A stretch of DNA of 64,000 nucleotides from a virus (lineage: Duplodnaviria > Caudoviricetes). The stretch's first letter is position 1; every line of letters begins with the position of its first letter. Position numbers and translations under genes: made by a program. Below, one piece after another: positions 9,402 to 17,524 of the stretch. The notes below the pieces were generated by a model. It was not told the DNA's origin and made no database searches. It saw nothing but the letters and a program-made list of their open reading frames with translations. Where the stretch lies: IMG/VR virus record IMGVR_UViG_3300032272_000009, positions 1 to 64,000 of that record, one strand, 5' to 3'.

Positions 9402-9625
9402 TTCTGATCTGCCTCATATTTTTCCATGAACCTCTCAATAACGGTCATGACATTTTTATCAAATTCTTCGGTAGCGGCTATTGATCCTCCATTGTCTTTG
9501 TGGGCATTCAAGGCATTCAATACTATATTGTTTACTTTGATACCGGTATCAGAACTATGCTGTACTAGCCAGTCCTCAAGCTCTTGTGGCAAGTACATAC
9601 CACGTCTAACTGTGTTATCTGCCAT
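9398..9625 (-). CDS. ribbon-helix-helix (Arc-like) DNA-binding protein
   Basis: TVRRGMYLPQELEDWL...GIKVNNIVLNAL strand-helix-helix pattern. Confidence 0.55.
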   Translation of the reverse strand: MADNTVRRGMYLPQELEDWLVQHSSDTGIKVNNIVLNALNAHKDNGGSIAATEEFDKNVMTVIERFMEKYEADQK

Positions 9626-9810
9626 TATATTAATCCTTTCTCATCTGCTAACCACTGCGTTATAAAAATAGATTCTGGGTTGTTTTCATCAATCCCACAA
9701 TAATCTTGAATTTGCGATTTAGGAATCCATACAGGATCACCTGATGCATCAAGAACCTGTAAAGCCTTATCTGTAAATGCGGTAACTTCAACTTCTACTT
9801 CAATTGTCAT
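9625..9810 (-). CDS. hypothetical protein
   Basis: TDKALQV...VWIPKSQI pattern common in phages; GGAG RBS. Confidence 0.65.
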   Translation of the reverse strand: MTIEVEVEVTAFTDKALQVLDASGDPVWIPKSQIQDYCGIDENNPESIFITQWLADEKGLI

Positions 9811-9828
9811 TTTTCTCTCCTAATAAAA

Positions 9829-9983
9829 TGGTTGGGCTGGCAGGATTCAAACCTGCACGAAGATTCTCACTATGGTCACGGGGAAGGGTTCCAGCCATTC
9901 ATCATCTTCTAGCATCGCTTTAACAGAAATCAGGATGCTTACCCTATCATAGAAAGTTAGTGTCTATATTCCACCACAGCCCA
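9829..9983 (-). ncRNA. tRNA-like RNA (class II/Leu-type scaffold) with a 73-nt insert in place of the anticodon loop
   Basis: Acceptor TGGGCTG/CAGCCCA, discriminator A, encoded CCA, D arm GTG-GAATATAGA-CAC, T arm GCAGG-TTTGAAT-CCTGC, stem CTATG/CATAG. Confidence 0.75.
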
Positions 9984-9990
9984 TAAACTT

Positions 9991-11097
9991 TTACTGTCTC
10001 CAGTTTACTGCGCTATCAATCAGTTGTTTCATTGATACTATTGCTTGTCGCCTCATATATTTCTTATTTGCTTTTAGAAAATCTTTCAGTTCATCTGCCG
10101 GAGTTCTTGGTTTCGGCATTGAAACATGTACATATGAACTTGACTGTTTGATGATTCTCACATAATTTGATGGAACTACTGCGGCCTTCTTGCCAAGCTC
10201 AGTAAGTTCATTTGCTTCTTGTTGCGTCGAAACTGGTACAGAATCGCCAAATGATTTTGTGAACAACTCAGCACAAGAATCAGCTATATCAGAAACGCTA
10301 TAGCTAGGAGTCGTATCACTAAGATAACTTACATCTGGTACGGCATTGGCAATGTCTAGTGCTATGCTCTCATTTCTGCCTTTTACCTGACCCCACATGT
10401 TACCAGTAATCCACTGTAAATCAAAGTCACTAACAGTCTGGCGGTCTCTTTCTATTTTCAAAAATTCAGGTTTGATGTTATAACCATACTTTAGTTTCGT
10501 GTCAGTAACATACAATCCATTGACATACAGTTTACCGGGTTCATCTAGTAATATTTGACCTTTTGAGACGTCTATAGTCTCACCAGCTTCTCGCATTTGC
10601 AAACAGTTATTAACAACCAATTCAAGTTCTTCTTTCGTCATGTTGCGAATAACGAAACTAAGGTCTTCAGAATCTTTGTGAGACTGCATATAATATTCGT
10701 CAATGTGCAATACTTGATCACCAAATGTCTCACTATATTTATATACAGGAATCCACGTTACATTGCCATTATAGACTATGATTTCTCTGTCTTCTCTAGC
10801 AAGCACCGCCATAGCAAGCTTGAAACCCTCTCCAAACTTCCCTATTGACCCAACTTCATCACGCTTAGTGCTATTCCCAAGGATAAGATCAGATGGTGAC
10901 AACTTGACACCTTCGCTGGTTATAATCAAAGAGCTATCAAGAATATCGAAACTGAACTTTCCTACTCCATCAATTGCGTTCTGTATCAATTCACGAATTG
11001 CTTCTTGAATGCCCCAATGATTAACGTAACCTTTTGATATTGGTAACACAAAAGATTCAAATGGTTCTGCACATGTTACCTCTTTTAGAGCGCTCAT
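9991..11097 (-). CDS. GHKL (HSP90/MutL-like) ATPase-domain protein
   Basis: AIRELIQNAID (N box) and IGKFGEGFKLA (G box); probable start MSALKEV at 11097 after GAGG. Confidence 0.8.
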   Translation of the reverse strand: MSALKEVTCAEPFESFVLPISKGYVNHWGIQEAIRELIQNAIDGVGKFSFDILDSSLIITSEGVKLSPSDLILGNSTKRDEVGSIGKFGEGFKLAMAVLAREDREIIVYNGNVTWIPVYKYSETFGDQVLHIDEYYMQSHKDSEDLSFVIRNMTKEELELVVNNCLQMREAGETIDVSKGQILLDEPGKLYVNGLYVTDTKLKYGYNIKPEFLKIERDRQTVSDFDLQWITGNMWGQVKGRNESIALDIANAVPDVSYLSDTTPSYSVSDIADSCAELFTKSFGDSVPVSTQQEANELTELGKKAAVVPSNYVRIIKQSSSYVHVSMPKPRTPADELKDFLKANKKYMRRQAIVSMKQLIDSAVNWRQ

Positions 11098-11137
11098 TGC
11101 TATTTGTCCTCGTTTCAATTTATTGCTTATGAAGCTA

Positions 11138-11167
11138 ATAATAGCATTATAAAACATCTTTTGTCAA
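11138..11167 (-). promoter_or_regulatory. sigma70-type promoter of the left arm
   Basis: TTGACA-18 nt-TATTAT on the minus strand. Confidence 0.55.
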
Positions 11168-11243
11168 CATATCATTTTACTCCTTATATATAGGGCTGTA
11201 TCAGGCACAGATATTTGATGTTATGGTTGCGTGTTTTTGGTTG

Positions 11244-11271
11244 TTGCATCGGGTCATCTATCCTGTATAAT
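11244..11271 (+). promoter_or_regulatory. sigma70-type promoter of the right arm
   Basis: TTGCAT-16 nt-TATAAT, divergent from the left-arm promoter. Confidence 0.55.
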
Positions 11272-11319
11272 CAACACCATGATTTAAGAAAAACTTTCTA
11301 TAATCCAAGAGGCAAAAAA

Positions 11320-11604
11320 ATGAGAATCAATTATAAAGGCCATGCAATAGATACAAAAGTTGTAACCGGCCAACTGACAAAAGCAAGCATAAAAAGTTTA
11401 GATGTGTTCTTCTCATATGATGAACCTATTGCTATTTGTTATCCTCAAAAAGCTATAATTAATGCTGAACCTGCATGTTCGTCAACAACTTCTCGACATA
11501 TAAACCATGTTAAGAAACTATACACTGAAAGAGAAGAGTTTCTGTATATCGATTTTCACATCAAGATGGAACAACTACTGAATGGTGAATGGGGCGAATC
11601 ATGA
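11320..11604 (+). CDS. hypothetical protein (start MRINYK)
   Basis: GAGG RBS before ATG 11320; FFSY...STTSRHIN pattern. Confidence 0.6.
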   Translation: MRINYKGHAIDTKVVTGQLTKASIKSLDVFFSYDEPIAICYPQKAIINAEPACSSTTSRHINHVKKLYTEREEFLYIDFHIKMEQLLNGEWGES

Positions 11605-12110
11605 TATACAAAATAGGCCAAAATGTAGTATTCGAAGATATGGTTAAGGGTTCATTCAGAATATCAGAAATTATATGTACAGTATGTGAACCAGAAGATC
11701 CGCAGGATGATGAATATGATTTGTGGATATATAACCCTAATCGCGGAGAGAAACATGGCGTCATAAAACACAATATAAGAGTTGTGACAATTGCTGATTA
11801 TGAAAAGGCTTCCCGACTAAAACAATCAATTGGTCGCAGTATTAGACCATTGCAAAAAAATACTGATGTTGAAATAATAGGTTTTACCGATCTTGCAAGA
11901 TTTTCAGAAAAAGAAACTTATCGCAATGCATCAGAAAAATGTGTTGATGATAGCCTAGATAAAATAGACGCAGCTTTGTTTTCTGGAGATGTGTTTATGG
12001 ATAGAAAGAATATTAAAATTATTGAAGAGTACATTGAACGTTGGAGCAGAGAGATAAGTTCTAATAAAATGCTATTAGATCAAATTGATGATGAAGAAAA
12101 CAAATCTTAA
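11601..12110 (+). CDS. hypothetical protein
   Basis: ATGA coupling with the previous stop. Confidence 0.6.
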   Translation: MIYKIGQNVVFEDMVKGSFRISEIICTVCEPEDPQDDEYDLWIYNPNRGEKHGVIKHNIRVVTIADYEKASRLKQSIGRSIRPLQKNTDVEIIGFTDLARFSEKETYRNASEKCVDDSLDKIDAALFSGDVFMDRKNIKIIEEYIERWSREISSNKMLLDQIDDEENKS

Positions 12111-12124
12111 CGAAGGGGTACAAA

Positions 12125-14119
12125 ATGTCAGAATTTAAAGATTTTAGAAACGCTGTAAGCAATAAGATTGATGCCTTGGAAGCATCTGGGTTGCTATACA
12201 CCGATACAGATAAAGATGAACTGTGGGAAGCGTACTTGGAGAGTTTCAAAGAAGGAACAAATCCCATATACAAAGAGCGAACTGAACATGACTGCCAGTG
12301 TTGCAAACAATTCATTCGTGCATGTGGATCAGTTGTTGCAATCGTTGATGGTGAGCTTGTCTCTGTCTGGGATATTGAAGTTGGCGGTATCTATCAGGTC
12401 GTTGCTGATGCGCTGTCAGCACTTGTAAAATCAAATCATATCAATAACAAGTACCTGCATTACGAAGCACAGATCGGTGTTGAGCGCAATCATCAAGTTG
12501 TAAAAGGCGGAAATGTAAAGGCTTGGGATCACTTCAGTCACGTTCTTGGTCAAGCTTATGTAGTCAAAGATGGAACAATTGATTCCAAATTAGGATCTCA
12601 CAAAACCTCTATTCAGACTTTTAATAGGGCATTAGAATCAATCACGCCTGTGTCTGTTGATATTGTTCTTGATCTTATGGATCAAAACTCTCTATATCGT
12701 GGTGAGGAACACAAGGCATCAGTTGAGAGATTTAAAGCTCACCAAGATAAATATAAAGCTCTTGACGACAAACAGAAGGGGTTTTATTTATGGTCAAACA
12801 CAGATATGGGTGTTGCCGGAATTCGCAACTCTGTTATTGGCTCACTACTGGTTGACCTGTCAGAAGGGAAAGAAATTGATCAAGCTGTGAATAGTTTTGA
12901 AGACAAGGTATCGGCTGGAAAATACAAACGCACAATGGCTGTTGCGACTAAAGGTATGATTGACAAGGCAGAAGCAAAATTTAACAAGCTTGGTTTGCAT
13001 GATTCTATTGATCGCAGATATGCTTATATGGATGATTTGACAATCAATAACGTAATCTTTGCCAACAGAGCAACAAAAAAATCATTTAACGTATTTGACG
13101 AAATGAAAAACGAAGTGTCAGTTGATGTGTCGAAATTTGATAAAGTAGAAGAGATTGGTATCGATGTATTTATTCGAGATGTGCTTCCAAAAGCAGATGC
13201 AATTGAAATGATGTTTGCAAACAATCATATAAATAACTTGGTAAGCCTGATTGCACCAGAAGTTGCAAGTGCGCCTAACATTTTAAAATGGGATAATAAT
13301 TTCTCGTGGTCTTACAATGGTGAAGTTGCAGACTCTATCAAAGAGCGAGTAAAGAATGCTGGTGGCAATGTTGATGCATATATGCGTGTTTCATTATCTT
13401 GGTATAACACTGATGATTTAGATATTCATGTTATCGAGCCTAATGGTAATGAGATATTTTATGGTAGCAAAATATCTCATGACACTGGTGGCAGATTAGA
13501 TGTTGATATGAACGTTAACAGCTTAAGGCGAGATGCAGTGGAAAACATCATGTGGGCGAATGAAAACAGAATGATTGAAGGTGAATACAAAGTTTTCATT
13601 CGCAATTATACACCTCGTGAAACTGTTGATGTTGGTTTTGAAATTGAAACAGAATGGAATGGCAAGATCAAAAACTTTGCTCATCCTAAGAGAGTTACCA
13701 AGGATGTATCTGTATTGACGTTCACTTACTCAAAGGCTGGTGGCGTCAGTATCAGAAGCGAAATGAAAGAATCAAATATCGTTAAAGAGGCATGGGGGAT
13801 CAATACTCAAGGTTTCCATAACGTCTCAATGGTAATGAATTCACCTAATCATTGGGATGGCGAATCAACGGGAAACAAACACTGGTTCTTTATGCTTGAT
13901 AAATGTAACAATGAGAAACCATCAAGAGGGTTTTATAATGAATTCTTGAGAAATGAGTTTAATGAACACCGTAAAGTGTTTGAATTATTAGGCTCGAAAA
14001 TGAAAACAAAGGTTTCTGATAATCAACTTAGTGGACTGGGTTTTTCTTCAACAAAGAGAGATTCGGTTCTTTGTAGGGTGAGTGGTAGTTTTAACCGTGT
14101 AGTAAAAATCAACTTTTAA
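12125..14119 (+). CDS. large conserved phage protein with a YfaP/DUF2135-like domain
   Basis: 664 aa; N-terminal HDCQCC; RVSLSWYNTDDLDIHVIEPNG...GGRLDVDMN...VENIMW. Confidence 0.75.
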   Translation: MSEFKDFRNAVSNKIDALEASGLLYTDTDKDELWEAYLESFKEGTNPIYKERTEHDCQCCKQFIRACGSVVAIVDGELVSVWDIEVGGIYQVVADALSALVKSNHINNKYLHYEAQIGVERNHQVVKGGNVKAWDHFSHVLGQAYVVKDGTIDSKLGSHKTSIQTFNRALESITPVSVDIVLDLMDQNSLYRGEEHKASVERFKAHQDKYKALDDKQKGFYLWSNTDMGVAGIRNSVIGSLLVDLSEGKEIDQAVNSFEDKVSAGKYKRTMAVATKGMIDKAEAKFNKLGLHDSIDRRYAYMDDLTINNVIFANRATKKSFNVFDEMKNEVSVDVSKFDKVEEIGIDVFIRDVLPKADAIEMMFANNHINNLVSLIAPEVASAPNILKWDNNFSWSYNGEVADSIKERVKNAGGNVDAYMRVSLSWYNTDDLDIHVIEPNGNEIFYGSKISHDTGGRLDVDMNVNSLRRDAVENIMWANENRMIEGEYKVFIRNYTPRETVDVGFEIETEWNGKIKNFAHPKRVTKDVSVLTFTYSKAGGVSIRSEMKESNIVKEAWGINTQGFHNVSMVMNSPNHWDGESTGNKHWFFMLDKCNNEKPSRGFYNEFLRNEFNEHRKVFELLGSKMKTKVSDNQLSGLGFSSTKRDSVLCRVSGSFNRVVKINF

Positions 14120-14145
14120 TCAATAAATAATAGAGGATACAAAAA

Positions 14146-14532
14146 ATGCATAATTTTGAAAAAGCAAGCAAAGAGCAACTTCGTTTTATGGCGCCAGGTG
14201 GGGTCTTGTCGATGGAAGACTTGTGGCATATTAAAATTGATAGCCTTGATACTTTGACAGTTGGTTACAGCAACCAGTTGGAAAACAGCGAGAGAAAAAG
14301 TTTTATCAAGAGCAAGCCTGTAGGTGAAAACAAAAATTTGCAGTTGCGGTTTGATGTTGCTAAAAGAATCTTGGATATCCGGATTGAAGAATCTGAGAAA
14401 GCTGAGAAAGCAAAAGCTCGCAAAGCTAACAATGCCAAAATCATGGAGCTTATTGCGGATAAGGAAAGTGATAAGCTGAAAGACAGCAGCTTGGATGAAT
14501 TGCGTGCAATGCTGAAAGATGAAGATGACTAG
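14146..14532 (+). CDS. conserved coiled-coil partner protein
   Basis: FEKASKEQLRF...GVLSMEDLW; ends SLDELRAML. Confidence 0.7.
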   Translation: MHNFEKASKEQLRFMAPGGVLSMEDLWHIKIDSLDTLTVGYSNQLENSERKSFIKSKPVGENKNLQLRFDVAKRILDIRIEESEKAEKAKARKANNAKIMELIADKESDKLKDSSLDELRAMLKDEDD

Positions 14533-14548
14533 GTAAACCGGTAGCATT

Positions 14549-14600
14549 AGCCTAGGCCGTAAAAATAACACTTTTATCGGTCTAGGCTGTATGTTATAAT
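14549..14600 (+). terminator. hairpin terminator overlapping an extended -10 promoter
   Basis: AGCCTAGGCCG/CGGTCTAGGCT stem followed by TGT-TATAAT. Confidence 0.55.
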
Positions 14601-14640
14601 AAAATCTAACAAACAGCAGATAAACCAACAAGGAAAACAA

Positions 14641-14997
14641 ATGAGCAATAAAATTGACATAATCGTGATTGATCCACTTTTGAAAATTATATCGACAAAA
14701 ACAATTGAGGATACACTAAGTGATCTTCAAGAGTCAATTGGTGGTCATGGCATTGAGATTGTCTATATTGACGGTGGTGAGATTATGTATGTTGATGAAG
14801 AAGGCTTGTATCGTGACAATCAATCATTCTTTGTCTATACATCAGATGATGGTGTCAAAACCCCTTTCGCTGGTAAAGCAATTGTCCTTGGAACAAATGG
14901 CGCTGGTGAGTCTGCAAGCACAAAATTTAGTGTTCTGGATATTTCGAAAAAGATAGAGTTTCTTTCTGTCTCAGAAATTGCGGCAATGAGGCTTTAA
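14641..14997 (+). CDS. DUF3846-like protein
   Basis: LSDLQESIGG.IEIV...MYVDEEGL...FAGKAIVLG. Confidence 0.7.
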   Translation: MSNKIDIIVIDPLLKIISTKTIEDTLSDLQESIGGHGIEIVYIDGGEIMYVDEEGLYRDNQSFFVYTSDDGVKTPFAGKAIVLGTNGAGESASTKFSVLDISKKIEFLSVSEIAAMRL

Positions 14998-15208
14998 TCA
15001 TGAGTCGTGAAGCTTTCAAAAATCCTAGCAGAACTTATGCAACTTACACCAATGCCAAAAAGGCAATTGATCGTCTAATAGATGGTGATTATAAGTGGTC
15101 TATTTGTTGCACACATAGAATACTGTCATGCCACAACAACTGGTAGCCTGAATCACTTTTACTTTATAGATCAAGGCTGTTGCGTAACAGTATCATAATA
15201 GGCATACA

Positions 15209-15445
15209 ATGAATAGCAAACTGTCAAGTTTTATTGAAGGGCATAACTGTGAGCGTTGTGGTTCTTATTTTAAGTTCAAGCAAGGTCAAGGCCCGTCAGC
15301 AACAACAAAATGTCCAGCGTGCGTTGAATTATGTGAGATTGATACAGAGCAAAACTTTTTAGAAAGCCTTAAAGAAATGACTTTAGAAGAAAGAGTTGAG
15401 CGTCTCGAAAAACTTAGATATGAACAAAATGGAGAAGAATACTGA
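15209..15445 (+). CDS. Zn-ribbon hypothetical protein
   Basis: CERCG...CPAC. Confidence 0.6.
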   Translation: MNSKLSSFIEGHNCERCGSYFKFKQGQGPSATTKCPACVELCEIDTEQNFLESLKEMTLEERVERLEKLRYEQNGEEY

Positions 15446-15891
15446 TGAAACCGTTTGTTGAAGCCTACATTGATGTAGGAACACTTGAAGAGTTTACCGA
15501 AAAGAACAAAGCCATGTTTGGTGAGTTTTCAGATGAGGAAATATCTTTCCAGTACGAAAGATTGAAAGCTGATCTTATTTACGTGAATGGAACTTATCAG
15601 GTAAACGCAGACACAAAAACATATTGTGCAAATCCTATTGGTGTTCCATTAATTCATCTTATGATTAAACGCATTGATGGTGATCCAATATGCGATTGGA
15701 ACATTATACAAGAAATCAAAAACATGATACTTGGTGAAGAAGCTGACTGCGCTGAGTTATACCCATCTGAGTCAAGAAACCTGAAAGTTGACAACAACCA
15801 GACTCATTTATGGTGCCTCGCTACTGGAAACACATTTCCATTCGGATGGGCTGGCGAACCAAGTTTAGAAAATACTGATAACCAAGGATAA
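15445..15891 (+). CDS. conserved phage protein (DUF7694-like)
   Basis: IKRIDG.PICDW.IIQEIKN...AELYPSESR...THLW. Confidence 0.65.
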   Translation: MKPFVEAYIDVGTLEEFTEKNKAMFGEFSDEEISFQYERLKADLIYVNGTYQVNADTKTYCANPIGVPLIHLMIKRIDGDPICDWNIIQEIKNMILGEEADCAELYPSESRNLKVDNNQTHLWCLATGNTFPFGWAGEPSLENTDNQG

Positions 15892-15895
15892 AGTA

Positions 15896-16210
15896 ATGAG
15901 TCCAAACAAAAACAATCTAGTTGATCATAAAACTGTAGTCGATTTTAAATCTATTGGTGATCTAAACCAAAATCTTCGTGCACCAAATGAGTATAAACTT
16001 GTGACTGATGGGGAATCACTGTACCGAATTCATCCAAACTTTCCAATACCAAAAGGTCTAAAAGAAGTTTTTACTCATTTTGGTAAAAAAGTGTATCAAA
16101 GCAATGGTAAACTTCATTCGAAGTTTATGGCACTACAAAGAGTGCAACCTAGTTATAATGTAAACAAAGTGACAGTTGCGGTTCGAGAAGCATTGAGTGA
16201 AATAGATTAA
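15896..16210 (+). CDS. hypothetical protein
   Basis: ORF track; coupled. Confidence 0.6.
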   Translation: MSPNKNNLVDHKTVVDFKSIGDLNQNLRAPNEYKLVTDGESLYRIHPNFPIPKGLKEVFTHFGKKVYQSNGKLHSKFMALQRVQPSYNVNKVTVAVREALSEID

Positions 16211-16650
16211 TGAGTATCAAGCAAATAGTTACTGATGTTGATAAATTGGCTATGGTGTCTCTTCCTGTTGATGACCACAGGGAAGCTTTAACCATCATTG
16301 ATGATATAATGCACACTGCCCATGATTGCTCTCAGAAGCCTTTAGGTTGCCTCGGTTTAGCATGTAATCAGATAGGTATTTTAAAAAGAATCATAGTTGT
16401 AGATATTGCTGGTGAGTTTGTCCCGATGATAAACCCAGTGATAGATTATATCCATACTGCCGCAGGAAAAATGAATGGCAAAGAAAGTTGTTTGTCAAGG
16501 CCAAAAATAACTGTAAAGATAAAAAGATATAAAAAAATTACAGTTTCGTATACTGACATTTCAGGGGCAAGAATCACAACAAAATTCTCAAAGATGACAG
16601 CTAGAGTTATACAGCATGAAATAAACCATCTGGACGGAAAATACATATAG
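16210..16650 (+). CDS. def: peptide deformylase, C-terminally truncated phage type
   Basis: CLGLACNQIG, ESCLS and QHEINHLDG motifs. Confidence 0.92.
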   Translation: MSIKQIVTDVDKLAMVSLPVDDHREALTIIDDIMHTAHDCSQKPLGCLGLACNQIGILKRIIVVDIAGEFVPMINPVIDYIHTAAGKMNGKESCLSRPKITVKIKRYKKITVSYTDISGARITTKFSKMTARVIQHEINHLDGKYI

Positions 16651-16686
16651 CAGTGTCAGATTGCCACTATCAATAGAGAAGCCAAA

Positions 16687-16890
16687 ATGAAAATTGATGA
16701 AATAGTTGAACGCAAGAAAAAGCTTGAGGCAGATATAACCACTGAGATAAACAGATTATTGTTGCGTTTTCACATGGATACAAAATTGACCCCAAGTCGT
16801 ATTTCTATATACTTGGAAGATGTAACCACTATAAATGATAGAATGAAATATTACATTGTTTCTAAAAGCGAAGCTGAAATTGTTTTATAA
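16687..16890 (+). CDS. hypothetical protein
   Basis: ORF track. Confidence 0.6.
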   Translation: MKIDEIVERKKKLEADITTEINRLLLRFHMDTKLTPSRISIYLEDVTTINDRMKYYIVSKSEAEIVL

Positions 16891-16911
16891 TTTTTAATAT
16901 TGGGTAATGTT

Positions 16912-17178
16912 ATGGAAAACTTTGAAGACGATGGAATTGAATTGGTTGTTGATGGGCATGATTATTATGTTACGAAAGAACAACATAATGAATTCAAGAT
17001 AGCAGATAGTAACCAAGAAGATTTCGCAGAGATAAAAGTATCAGAATGTGGTGAATACTACATACACGAATACTCTCCAGAATATTCAAATTTTGATAAT
17101 GATGGTGGTAGCACATATATCACAAATTTTGATAGCTTCGTTGACTTTTGTAGATGGGTTATCTCAGCTAATCAATAA
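16912..17178 (+). CDS. acidic hypothetical protein
   Basis: ORF track 16900-17178; ATG at 16912. Confidence 0.55.
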   Translation: MENFEDDGIELVVDGHDYYVTKEQHNEFKIADSNQEDFAEIKVSECGEYYIHEYSPEYSNFDNDGGSTYITNFDSFVDFCRWVISANQ

Positions 17179-17194
17179 TTTTTGCAACAAGGGA

Positions 17195-17494
17195 ATGCTG
17201 ATGCTTGAAGAAATTTTAGAAAAAATGAATTTACCAAAATTGGAAGATATGAATCCGACTGATGCAGCATTAATAGCAGGGTATTTGAAAACTGGTAATC
17301 CTGTACTTGCAGTCGGTCTTATTATGAGATTGATTAAACAGAATGAGAGTTTGTTGCGTAGCCTTAACCTGCAAATAACAGTAAATGATGATTCTTTTAG
17401 AACACATAAAGATACACTGGAAAGAGTCGAAGCACTTGAGAACAAGATGAAAAATATGTATGTGAGTGAGGATGATGTTAAAAATCCACATTGA
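17195..17494 (+). CDS. hypothetical protein
   Basis: ORF track; ATG at 17195 avoids overlap. Confidence 0.55.
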   Translation: MLMLEEILEKMNLPKLEDMNPTDAALIAGYLKTGNPVLAVGLIMRLIKQNESLLRSLNLQITVNDDSFRTHKDTLERVEALENKMKNMYVSEDDVKNPH

Positions 17495-17524
17495 CGTATA
17501 ACCAAAAAACAATAAAATGTTTAT

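Noticed and set aside
9945-9960. Amber suppressor tRNA (TT-CTA after the D arm) and TAG recoding
   Set aside because: No complementary anticodon stem for TAACT and no purine at position 37. Long genes read through cleanly in the standard code, and several end in TAG at proper boundaries (thyA, 14532, 21310).
9829-9983. Canonical tmRNA or tRNA-Sec
   Set aside because: No G3:U70 pair, a D stem is present and it is far too short for tmRNA. The acceptor is 7 bp and there is no UCA anticodon.
14999-15145. 48-aa ORF (MSREAFKNPSRTYATY...) as a frameshifted or readthrough gene
   Set aside because: A +1 frame continuation exists, but there is no slippery run or clear junction; cannot be supported without homologs.
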